DNA of 36,487 nt from Ruminococcaceae bacterium UBA1691 (GTDB lineage Bacteria > Bacillota > Clostridia > Oscillospirales > Acutalibacteraceae), in contig DCJV01000105.1 of NCBI GenBank assembly GCA_002320555.1, positions 4,968-41,454 of the forward strand. Direction: 5' to 3'. The notes beneath the pieces were generated by a model. The model had not been told where the DNA came from, did no database searches, and saw only the letters and a list, made by a program, of their open reading frames with translations. Made by a program: the position numbers and the translations under genes. Shown here piece by piece: positions 1 to 8,158 of the stretch. Position 1 is the stretch's first letter; every line of letters begins with the position of its first letter.

Positions 1-594
1 ATGGGCCGCAGCGAAAACAGCCGAAACCGCATTTTTGTAGAGGAGGAGGGGGGGCTTCGGACGGAAGCCTTCGATCCAGCCAAGCTCAAGGATCCGAGCC
101 TCGTCATCTATTGGCCGGTACGCAAGCTGGGCAGGACGACCATCGTGACCAACGGCGACCAGACCGACACGATCTATGAATTTCTGGCGGCGGAAAAAAC
201 GTTTGAAGAGGCATTGCGTATGCGCACCTTTGAGCCCGACCCGCCGATTCTGACCCCGCGCATTTCCGGCCTTGTGCATAAGGATGGCAGCTACCGCCTT
301 TCCATCCTGAAAAGCGCGAATGGCAATGCGGATTCCGTTCAGCGCTTTTTTTATGAATATCCCCAGCCGGTAGCGGGAGAGGGGCATTTTATCCATACCT
401 ACCTCGGCGACGGCGATCCGGTTCCATCCTTTGAGGGAGAGCCTGAAAACGTGATGATCGAAGGGGATATCGATTCTTTTACAAAACTTGTATGGGATCA
501 TCTCAACGAGGCAAATAAAGTTTCACTTTTTGTACGGTTTATCGACCTTGCGGACGGCTCGGAAGAGACCCGTGTGGTCAATAAAAACAGTTAA
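1..594 (+). CDS. IMP cyclohydrolase, PurO-like (5' partial; N-terminus outside window)
   Basis: The ORF is open to the window edge. Blocks IMGRSENSRNRIF, IVTNGDQTDTI and LTPRISG resemble archaeal-type IMP cyclohydrolase. It lies directly upstream of an AICARFT-only purH. Confidence 0.75.
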   Translation: MGRSENSRNRIFVEEEGGLRTEAFDPAKLKDPSLVIYWPVRKLGRTTIVTNGDQTDTIYEFLAAEKTFEEALRMRTFEPDPPILTPRISGLVHKDGSYRLSILKSANGNADSVQRFFYEYPQPVAGEGHFIHTYLGDGDPVPSFEGEPENVMIEGDIDSFTKLVWDHLNEANKVSLFVRFIDLADGSEETRVVNKNS

Positions 595-675
595 CAGGAA
601 GTTTTATCGCAGGAAAAGGATGGTTATAGGCTTCAAAGAAAAGCAGAGCCTTTTCTTTGAAATACTTTTGAAAGG

Positions 676-1866
676 ATGGTCATCATCATGGCGAACGAGC
701 TCTTGCTCAAATACGGCTGCAATCCCAACCAGAAGCCGTCTCGTATTTTTATGAAGAACGGTGGGGACCTGCCGATCGAAGTCTTAAACGGCAAACCGGG
801 CTATATTAATTTTCTCGACGCATTCAATAGCTGGCAACTGGTCTGTGAGCTGAAGGCGGCGACAAATCTTCCAAGCGCTGCCTCCTTCAAGCATGTCAGC
901 CCCGCGGGTGCAGCGGTCGGCCTGCCCTTAAGCGATACACTCAAGAAAATTTATTTTGTAGACGATCTGGAGCTTTCGCCCCTTGCCAACGCCTATGCGC
1001 GCGCGCGCGGCGCGGACCGGATGTCCTCCTACGGGGACTGGATCGCTCTGTCGGAAATCTGCGACGTACCCACGGCGAAGCTTATTGCCCGCGAAGTGTC
1101 CGATGGCGTGATCGCTCCTGGCTACGAGCCCGAAGCGCTTGAAATCCTGAAGGGAAAACGCAAGGGTGGGTATAATATTGTGAAAATTGACCCCGCTTAC
1201 CGTCCTGCGCCGGTGGAGCATAAAGATGTGTTCGGCGTTACCTTTGAGCAGGGGCGCAATGAGCTTCCTATCAATGAGGCGTTGCTTGGAAACGTCGTCA
1301 CAGAGAATAAGATGCTCCCTGCCCAGGCAAAGCGTGACCTGATCATTTCGTTGATTACGCTGAAATATACGCAGTCGAATTCTGTCTGCTATGTTAAGGA
1401 TGGGCAGGCCATCGGCGTGGGCGCAGGCCAGCAGTCCCGCGTGCACTGCACGAGGCTTGCCGGCAATAAGGCGGACAACTGGTACCTACGCCAGCATCCG
1501 AAAGTGCTCGCGCTTCCCTTTGTGGAAAATATTCGCCGCCCGGATCGCGACAATACGATCGATGTCTATATCTCCGACGATTATATGGACGTCCTGGCGG
1601 ACGGCGTATGGGAGCAGTTCTTCACGGTGAAGCCTGAGCCGCTCACCCGAGAGGAGCGGCAGGAATGGCTGAAAACGCTCGATGGCGTGTCGCTCGGTTC
1701 GGACGCGTTCTTCCCGTTTGGCGACAATATCGAGCGTGCGCACCGCAGCGGCGTGCAGTATATCGCTCAGCCCGGCGGCTCGATCCGTGACGATAACGTG
1801 ATCGACACCTGCAACCGCTTTGGCATGGCGATGGCATTCACGGGCATCCGCCTGTTCCACCATTAA
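676..1866 (+). CDS. purH: AICAR formyltransferase (AICARFT half of PurH, no IMPCH/MGS domain)
   Basis: Motifs KYGCNPNQ, FKHVSPAGAA, GAGQQSRV and SDAFFPF are present. The alternative start ATG 688 (MANELL) is about as likely as ATG 676. AAAGGA lies at 671-676. Confidence 0.9.
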   Translation: MVIIMANELLLKYGCNPNQKPSRIFMKNGGDLPIEVLNGKPGYINFLDAFNSWQLVCELKAATNLPSAASFKHVSPAGAAVGLPLSDTLKKIYFVDDLELSPLANAYARARGADRMSSYGDWIALSEICDVPTAKLIAREVSDGVIAPGYEPEALEILKGKRKGGYNIVKIDPAYRPAPVEHKDVFGVTFEQGRNELPINEALLGNVVTENKMLPAQAKRDLIISLITLKYTQSNSVCYVKDGQAIGVGAGQQSRVHCTRLAGNKADNWYLRQHPKVLALPFVENIRRPDRDNTIDVYISDDYMDVLADGVWEQFFTVKPEPLTREERQEWLKTLDGVSLGSDAFFPFGDNIERAHRSGVQYIAQPGGSIRDDNVIDTCNRFGMAMAFTGIRLFHH

Positions 1867-1884
1867 AAACAAGCTGTTTCAAGG

Positions 1885-1913
1885 CTCCAGATACCGTTTT
1901 CCGGTATCTGGAG
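1885..1913 (+). terminator. Hairpin after purH (CTCCAGATACCG / CGGTATCTGGAG)
   Basis: A perfect 12-bp inverted repeat with a 5-nt loop sits 19 nt after the stop. The T-tract is weak (TTCGTCG). Confidence 0.4.
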
Positions 1914-1965
1914 TTCGTCGACTGAAAAGCAATTTGAACCTATTCATTATGCAGGAGGAAATACG

Positions 1966-3228
1966 ATGAAACTTCTGATGATCGGCGGCGGCGGGCGCGA
2001 GCATGCGCTCATCCGTAAGCTAAAGGAAAGCCCGCGCGTGGAAACAATTTACTGCGCGCCCGGCAACGGCGGCATTTCCCGCGACGCCCAGTGCGTTGCA
2101 ATCTCTGCGATGGATATCGACAGCGTTGTCGCATTCAGCAAAGAGAATCAAATAGATCTCGTCTTTGTCGCGCCGGACGACCCACTGGCGGCGGGCATGG
2201 TGGACGCGCTTGAGGCGGCGGGCATCCGCGCCTTCGGCCCGTCTAAATTGGCGGCGGAAATCGAAAGCAGTAAGGTCTTCTCGAAAAATCTGATGAAAAA
2301 ATATGGCATTCCCACCGCGCGCTACGAAGTCTTCGACGCGCCGGAAACAGCACTCTCCTATATTCTGGAACAGAATGCCTGGCCCGCCGTGATCAAGGCG
2401 GACGGTCTCGCGCTCGGCAAGGGCGTCGTCATCGCGCAGAACGAGGCGGAGGCAAGGGATGCCCTGCACTCGATGATGGAGGATAAAATCTTCGGCGAGT
2501 CTGGCAGCCGCGTGGTCGTCGAGGAGTTCCTGACCGGCCCGGAGGTCTCCGTACTGGCCTTTACAGATGGCGAGACGGTGAGACCGATGGTGTCCTCTAT
2601 GGACCATAAGCGCGCCTACGATGGTGACAAGGGACCCAATACGGGCGGTATGGGCACGATCAGCCCCAATCCCTATTACACGGCGGAGATTGCAAAGCGC
2701 TGTATGGAGGAAATCTTCCTGCCAACCGTCCGCGCAATGCAGCAGGAGGGGAGGCCCTTCAAGGGTTGCCTCTATTTTGGCCTGATGCTGACGCCTAATG
2801 GGCCCAAAGTCATCGAATACAATTCACGCTTCGGCGATCCGGAGACGCAGGTCGTCCTGCCCCGGCTGAAAACGCCGTTGATCGAGATCGTCGAGGCAGT
2901 GGTAAATGGTACGCTTGCGCAGCAGGAGATCGAATGGGAGGATAATGCCTGCGCCTGCGTCGTCATGGCGTCTGGCGGCTATCCAAAATCTTATCCGAAG
3001 GGCCTGGAGATCACAGGCCTGGACGACAATGGGCAGATCCCCGGCGTCACGGTTTATCACGCGGGTACCTCCTACAAAGATGGAAAATTTTTTACGGCGG
3101 GCGGCCGTGTGCTCGGTGTCACAGCGTGCGGTAATACGCTCGCAGCAGCGCTGCAAAAGGCCTACGACGGTGTGCATCGCATCCATTTCGAGGGCGCGCA
3201 TTATCGTAAGGATATTGGACACAAATAG
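1966..3228 (+). CDS. purD: Phosphoribosylamine--glycine ligase
   Basis: MKLLMIGGGGREHAL start. ATP-grasp blocks are present, including GPEVSVLAFTDG and EYNSRFGDPETQ. AGGAGG SD lies upstream. Confidence 0.97.
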   Translation: MKLLMIGGGGREHALIRKLKESPRVETIYCAPGNGGISRDAQCVAISAMDIDSVVAFSKENQIDLVFVAPDDPLAAGMVDALEAAGIRAFGPSKLAAEIESSKVFSKNLMKKYGIPTARYEVFDAPETALSYILEQNAWPAVIKADGLALGKGVVIAQNEAEARDALHSMMEDKIFGESGSRVVVEEFLTGPEVSVLAFTDGETVRPMVSSMDHKRAYDGDKGPNTGGMGTISPNPYYTAEIAKRCMEEIFLPTVRAMQQEGRPFKGCLYFGLMLTPNGPKVIEYNSRFGDPETQVVLPRLKTPLIEIVEAVVNGTLAQQEIEWEDNACACVVMASGGYPKSYPKGLEITGLDDNGQIPGVTVYHAGTSYKDGKFFTAGGRVLGVTACGNTLAAALQKAYDGVHRIHFEGAHYRKDIGHK

Positions 3229-3358
3229 TTCATAAATTGTTTACAGAAAGCAACAGTATTTTTGTTCGTTTTTCGGTAAGCTGAGAAGTAGTATTCTGCG
3301 GAGATAAGCGACACTGTGTATAAAAACGCAATTAAAAACCCGCAGCTGCCTCCAGTAT

Positions 3359-4984
3359 TTGAAAGCGGTGAGAGAGTTGGAAAAATTCAAAGCACTTTCC
3401 AAGGGGAAGAAAACGGCTGTGATTGTAGGCGCGGTTGCCGTTGTGATTGCAGTGGCACTGTTGATCTATTTTCTAGTCCGGCCTGAGCCGGGTACACCCG
3501 TGACGCTCGTCAGCGTGCAGCAGGGCGACATTCAGCAGGAGCTGATCGCCACCGGGACGGTCGAATCCGACAATCAGACGAATTTCAGCCTGCTCGAGGG
3601 GACAAAGGTTCTCTCTGTCAATGTAAAGGTCGGCGACCACGTCAAAAAAGGAGACGTGCTGGCGACCTTCGATGCGTCCTCCCTGTCTGGCAAGCTCAGC
3701 GAGCGGCGCACAGCATATAACGAGGCGCTCAAGACCTACAACAATTCCATGACGGCGGCGAGTGAGGCGAAAACCAAGCTGCCGCAGGTCAATAAGGAGA
3801 TCAAGGAGCTCGAAGCGAAGATCGAGAAGCTCACAAAGGAAGCAAATGCGAATAAGGCGACGCAGACCACCACCTCTGCGCAGAAGGAGACGACCGAGGC
3901 CACAACCACACCGAACACGCTGCAAGGCCAGATTCACATGATTATCGATAAGTTGCCCGGGGCCAACGGGTCGGCTGCCCAGATCCAGAAGCTGATGGAA
4001 CAGCTCACCCAGATGGCCAACAACGGCTTCGATATGTCGGCGCTGGCGGGCTCCTCTTCGACGGAGCTCATTCAGGCGCAGATGGATCTCGCCCAGCTCA
4101 AGATTCAGAAAACGACTCTAGAAGCCCAGCAAAGCAATACGCTTTCCAGCACTTATAAGCTGGTGGTCGACGCGAGCAAAAAGTCGCTCGATGAGATGGA
4201 ATCAATGATTGCTAGCCTAAAAAGCGGCTGGGTTGCGCAGGATGACGGCGTCGTCACGGCGGTCAATATCAAGGCGGGCGAGACTTATCAGGGCGGCGGC
4301 GCCTCCTCGTCCTCCAGCTCTCTGGACATGTCCGCGATTCTGAAGGCTATTTCCGGCGGTACGGATATCAACAGCCTGCTCAACACGCTCACGTCCCTTG
4401 GGACGGGTGCGAATGTCGGTATGACCGTGGAGAATTACGGCCAGTTTTACGCATCCTTTTCGCTCGATAAATACGACGTGCTCAAGGTAAAGACCGGAAT
4501 GCCGGCTATGATTACCACGGCAAGCGGCAAGTTGGACGGTGAGGTTACTTTCATCAGTCCGGTGGCATCTTCGGGCAGCGGGCTCGACCTGAGTTCTCTT
4601 GCGGGTTCTTTAACCGGCGTTGGAACCTCCAGCAGCATTCCTGCGAAGGTAAAGATCAATAACCCGGACGCCAGCGTCATCATCGGCGTGGACGTGGACG
4701 TCTCCATCCAGACGGACGAAGCGAAGGGCGCAACGCTCATTCCGCTGGAATCCCTGATGGTTGAAGAAGGTCAAAAATACGTCTTTGTTTATAATAAAGA
4801 TGAGAAGACCGTGTCGAAAAAGAAGGTGGAAACGGGGCTTGTCTCCGATACAATGTATCAAATCATTTCCGGCGTTTCTGTGGGAGACCAGATCGTTAAG
4901 AGCCCGTCCAAGACTCTGGTGGACGGCGCGCGCGTGACAATACAAGAAGAGGGTGAGAGCGTCTCCTCCTCCCAAAACATTTAG
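3359..4984 (+). CDS. Efflux membrane-fusion (HlyD/MacA-type periplasmic adaptor) protein
   Basis: It has an N-terminal TM, a lipoyl-like block (VKVGDHVKKGDVLATFD), a long coiled-coil region and a C-terminal beta-barrel block. TTG start; GTG 3368 and TTG 3377 are alternatives. Confidence 0.8.
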   Translation: MKAVRELEKFKALSKGKKTAVIVGAVAVVIAVALLIYFLVRPEPGTPVTLVSVQQGDIQQELIATGTVESDNQTNFSLLEGTKVLSVNVKVGDHVKKGDVLATFDASSLSGKLSERRTAYNEALKTYNNSMTAASEAKTKLPQVNKEIKELEAKIEKLTKEANANKATQTTTSAQKETTEATTTPNTLQGQIHMIIDKLPGANGSAAQIQKLMEQLTQMANNGFDMSALAGSSSTELIQAQMDLAQLKIQKTTLEAQQSNTLSSTYKLVVDASKKSLDEMESMIASLKSGWVAQDDGVVTAVNIKAGETYQGGGASSSSSSLDMSAILKAISGGTDINSLLNTLTSLGTGANVGMTVENYGQFYASFSLDKYDVLKVKTGMPAMITTASGKLDGEVTFISPVASSGSGLDLSSLAGSLTGVGTSSSIPAKVKINNPDASVIIGVDVDVSIQTDEAKGATLIPLESLMVEEGQKYVFVYNKDEKTVSKKKVETGLVSDTMYQIISGVSVGDQIVKSPSKTLVDGARVTIQEEGESVSSSQNI

Positions 4985-5001
4985 GGCGGAGGCGGTAGGC
5001 T

Positions 5002-6246
5002 TTGAATATCAAGGAAAATATCCGGATTGCGATTTTCAGCATCCGCACCAATCTCTTGCGGTCCCTGCTCACGATGCTCGGTATCATCATCGGCGTCGCC
5101 TCTGTCATTGCGATTATCACGGTTGGCAACGGCGGGCGGGACTATATCGTGGGAATGATTCAGGATATGGGCCAGAGCGCGATCACCATTCAGGTCAATC
5201 AGAAAAACACTTCTTCCAGCGACTATATCACAGACGAAGATCTCAAGGCGATGAAAGGGCAGGATAGTATCGACTATGTCTCTCCCTTTATGCTCGGTAT
5301 GGGGACTTTCCGCGCTGGGAGTGAAAGCGGCATGTGCTTCCCCGTGGGCTGCTCCCCAGATATGGAGCAGATTTCGAAGCTGTCTGCAAGCTATGGGCGA
5401 ATGTTCACCGAGGAAGAGTATGTCGCGGCGCGCAATGTGTGCGTCATCGACGGCATGAGTGCGAAAAGTTTGTACGGCTATGAAAACGTCGTCGGCGAAT
5501 ATATCGAAGTAACGGTCAATGATAAAACTGTCAGACTGCGGATCATCGGTGTGATGGATGTTTCCGCCATGATGGGCGGGATGGACAACGAGGCGATGAT
5601 GGAGCAGATGCAGCAGATGAGCAATACCATGGGAAATATGTGCTATGTGGTGGCGCCCGCCCCGGTGGTCGCCTCCCTGATGGGGTCGAGCGGCCGCTAT
5701 AATATGGTCTATCTCTCCGCAAAGGACGAAAAACAGCTCGATGCCGCTGGCAACGCAGCGAAAAATATCCTGCAGGCGCGGCATAATAATTTTGACCGTG
5801 AGGCCTATACTGTGACCAATATGGCCACCTATATTGAACTGCTCGACAAGGTCATCAATGTCTTCACTACCTTTATCGCGGCGGTCAGCGCCATTTCCCT
5901 CGTCGTCGGCGGTATCGGCGTTATGAATATCATGTATGTTTCCGTCAGCGAGCGGACACGGGAGATCGGCATCCGCAAGGCGCTCGGTGCGCGGACCCGG
6001 ACGATTTTGTTCCAGTTCCTGACCGAGTCAGTTATTTTGTGCCTGATCGGTGGGATCATCGGAATGATTCTCGGCATATCAGGCGCCGCCGTCGTCTCGT
6101 ACATCATGAATATTCCCATGAGCGTGAAGTTCAGTACGATCCTGATATCGGTCGGCTTCTCGAGCGCGATTGGCATCTTCTTCGGCATTTATCCGGCTCG
6201 TAAGGCTGCGAAGATGCCGCCGATCGAAGCGCTGCGAAGGGATTGA
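5002..6246 (+). CDS. MacB/FtsX-type ABC transporter permease (4 TM, large extracytoplasmic domain)
   Basis: N-terminus NLLRSLLTMLGIIIGVASV. The C-terminal FtsX block is ERTREIGIRKALGARTRTIL...FFGIYPARKAAKMPPIEALR. TTG start with GGAGG at 4988-4992. Confidence 0.85.
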   Translation: MNIKENIRIAIFSIRTNLLRSLLTMLGIIIGVASVIAIITVGNGGRDYIVGMIQDMGQSAITIQVNQKNTSSSDYITDEDLKAMKGQDSIDYVSPFMLGMGTFRAGSESGMCFPVGCSPDMEQISKLSASYGRMFTEEEYVAARNVCVIDGMSAKSLYGYENVVGEYIEVTVNDKTVRLRIIGVMDVSAMMGGMDNEAMMEQMQQMSNTMGNMCYVVAPAPVVASLMGSSGRYNMVYLSAKDEKQLDAAGNAAKNILQARHNNFDREAYTVTNMATYIELLDKVINVFTTFIAAVSAISLVVGGIGVMNIMYVSVSERTREIGIRKALGARTRTILFQFLTESVILCLIGGIIGMILGISGAAVVSYIMNIPMSVKFSTILISVGFSSAIGIFFGIYPARKAAKMPPIEALRRD

Positions 6247-6353
6247 CCTAAAATGACGGAATATTTGTTTTCAGGAAATCTTGTCATTTCAGTGAATGGT
6301 GTAAATTCTTTTTATCGTATACTGTAAAGACATTTAACATAAATAAACGGAAA

Positions 6354-6394
6354 AAAGCTGCTGCTTTCAATATCTGGCTGAAAGCAGCAGCTTT
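6354..6394. terminator. Bidirectional-looking terminator hairpin
   Basis: A perfect 15-bp stem (AAAGCTGCTGCTTTC / GAAAGCAGCAGCTTT) has an A-run upstream and TTT downstream. Confidence 0.6.
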
Positions 6395-6486
6395 ATAGCA
6401 CCTTTTTACAATTCAATGCAATTTATCTAAGGGTATTTGGCTGAATAAATGGTAATATGATACCTTTCAAGAATAAATGAAGAATG

Positions 6487-6524
6487 CCGCTTATCATATA
6501 TGGAATATGGTAAGCGGTATTTTT
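6487..6524 (+). terminator. Second terminator-like hairpin in AT-rich spacer
   Basis: A 13-bp stem (CCGCTTATCATAT / ATATGGTAAGCGG, one G-U) is followed by TATTTTT. Confidence 0.4.
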
Positions 6525-6638
6525 AAAGTAATTTTTTATTACGAAGCTTAAGCGAGTAGCAAAGCAAAGGCTATTGCTCCCACATCAGTCAAAGGAATAC
6601 ACATCGCTTTATCATATGAAAAATCCTGCCATTTGCGG

Positions 6639-7991
6639 CTATTCTTTATTTTGCCTTTCGGGCCGCTGCTTATCCGCTTGTTGTTTGCGGCAATAAAACA
6701 GGCGTGAAATGGTTCGAATCATCTGCTCTCCGCTGCCGGTCCGGTAACGGCATGCCTCCTGTACGCTGACATCCGCATTTCCAACGGCATAGCTGTAATC
6801 GGCATGGCGGATTAATGAAAGCTCGTCGAGGCAGTTGGAGAAGACCGTAATACTGCTCGCATTTGAGCGGCTTTTCAGAATATCCGCCGCATCCGCCAGC
6901 GTTGTATGTGCGCTGTAAATCTCCAGAATTGAATAACGCGGATGCGTCCTATCTGCGCGGCGTATGAAGCGCAGTTCGGAAGAAAAAGAAAATGCGGAGA
7001 TTTCCTGACACAGGCGTTCAATCAATGGGTCTGTATCGATAATCATCAGACAGATCGCTTCGTGTCCCTGCGGCAGGCTGGAGCAGACATAGTTTTCATA
7101 ATGGCCGCCGTGCCGGGTGCGGTAAAGGTCTTCCTGCGCTTCATTGGTGAAATTGCTGTAATAAATATGAAGAACGTCATGGATCACGGCTTTTACAAAG
7201 CAGTTAACCTCCCTCTGTGCAAAAAGCGCCTGCAAACAGTCTGTAATTGGACGCGGAATCGTTTTGCAGTAGGCGTAGGTATTGCTTGGAATATGATATA
7301 GCGTGGCTCCATTCATTGCAATGATGGGTAGGGAAAACGGGATGTCTCCGATCAGCGGCAGAAAGGAGGCCGGTGATCGGTCGGTTACGGCTGTGATCCG
7401 CGCGCCCTGATGGAGCAGATGAGTGAGCCGGATTTTCGAAAAGGAGCTGATCGTTTTCCCTTTTTCCCAAAGCACACCGTCCAAACCGGTGATAAAAAGC
7501 GTATTCTTATCCTTTTTCCGCGGCAACCGGGCCGCGTTTACCGTGAGGGAGACAGCGATGCCGATGAGCGTATCGATAATACGGTTGAGGGCAAACAGAT
7601 AGGGATTCACGTCCGCTCCGTGCGAAATGGTAACGCTTAAGAATACTACGCATGTGATATAGGAAGCTGAGGTCTTTTTTAGGATTACCGTGAGGTAGAT
7701 CAGGACAATCACACAGAGAGACACAATGAAATATTGCACAACGGGCATATTTTTTGGAAGCCATGCCCGTTCTGCAAGTAAAACGAGCATGCCGAACAGG
7801 CCGCCGATAAAGGTGCCGATGCTGCGGTTGAGCGCGACCTTCACACTGTTTGAGACAAAGGGCTGCATGCAGAGGATGGCGGCAATTGCGGAATAAAACG
7901 GGATGCCCTGGTGATTTCGCAGCAGATCGATGAGAAAACATAAAAAAACCGCGATTGCGGTTTTAATGATACGCATACCGATTTTGGGCAT
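6639..7991 (-). CDS. Fusion protein: N-terminal FUSC/aromatic-acid-exporter-like membrane domain plus C-terminal Cof-type HAD-like domain (degenerate catalytic motifs)
   Basis: Residues 1-160 have 4-5 TM with IKTAIAVFLCFLI and LNRSIGTFIGG blocks. Residues 164-440 have a Cof-like layout (LFITGLDGVL...AVTDRSP...AMNGATLY...YAVGNA). Confidence 0.75.
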   Translation of the reverse strand: MPKIGMRIIKTAIAVFLCFLIDLLRNHQGIPFYSAIAAILCMQPFVSNSVKVALNRSIGTFIGGLFGMLVLLAERAWLPKNMPVVQYFIVSLCVIVLIYLTVILKKTSASYITCVVFLSVTISHGADVNPYLFALNRIIDTLIGIAVSLTVNAARLPRKKDKNTLFITGLDGVLWEKGKTISSFSKIRLTHLLHQGARITAVTDRSPASFLPLIGDIPFSLPIIAMNGATLYHIPSNTYAYCKTIPRPITDCLQALFAQREVNCFVKAVIHDVLHIYYSNFTNEAQEDLYRTRHGGHYENYVCSSLPQGHEAICLMIIDTDPLIERLCQEISAFSFSSELRFIRRADRTHPRYSILEIYSAHTTLADAADILKSRSNASSITVFSNCLDELSLIRHADYSYAVGNADVSVQEACRYRTGSGEQMIRTISRLFYCRKQQADKQRPERQNKE

Positions 7992-8158
7992 AACAATTCA
8001 AATCCTTACTTCACTGTAATATGATATAGGACGACGATGCACTTCTCACGCCTCGCTTCCGTCAGCGCCCAGCGCAGCCGGTTACGAAGCCGATCAGAAA
8101 CCGTGCTTTTTTGTGCACTTTTTCTTCTCTTGGACTTGATCGACAAGTGGAGCAGTCA

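Noticed and set aside
4981-5784. A 267-aa minus-strand ORF rich in His, Arg and Asp.
   Set aside because: It is antisense to the MacB-type permease. The His-rich run simply mirrors the Met-rich (ATG/CAT) segment on the coding strand.
6477-6551. A 24-codon ORF (MKNAAYHIWNMVSGIFKVIFYYEA) in the AT-rich spacer.
   Set aside because: It has no SD, and the sequence is largely the two arms of a terminator hairpin.
6711-6720. GGTTCGAATC, a tRNA T-arm-like motif.
   Set aside because: No acceptor, D or anticodon stems can be drawn around it, and it lies inside the FUSC-HAD coding region.
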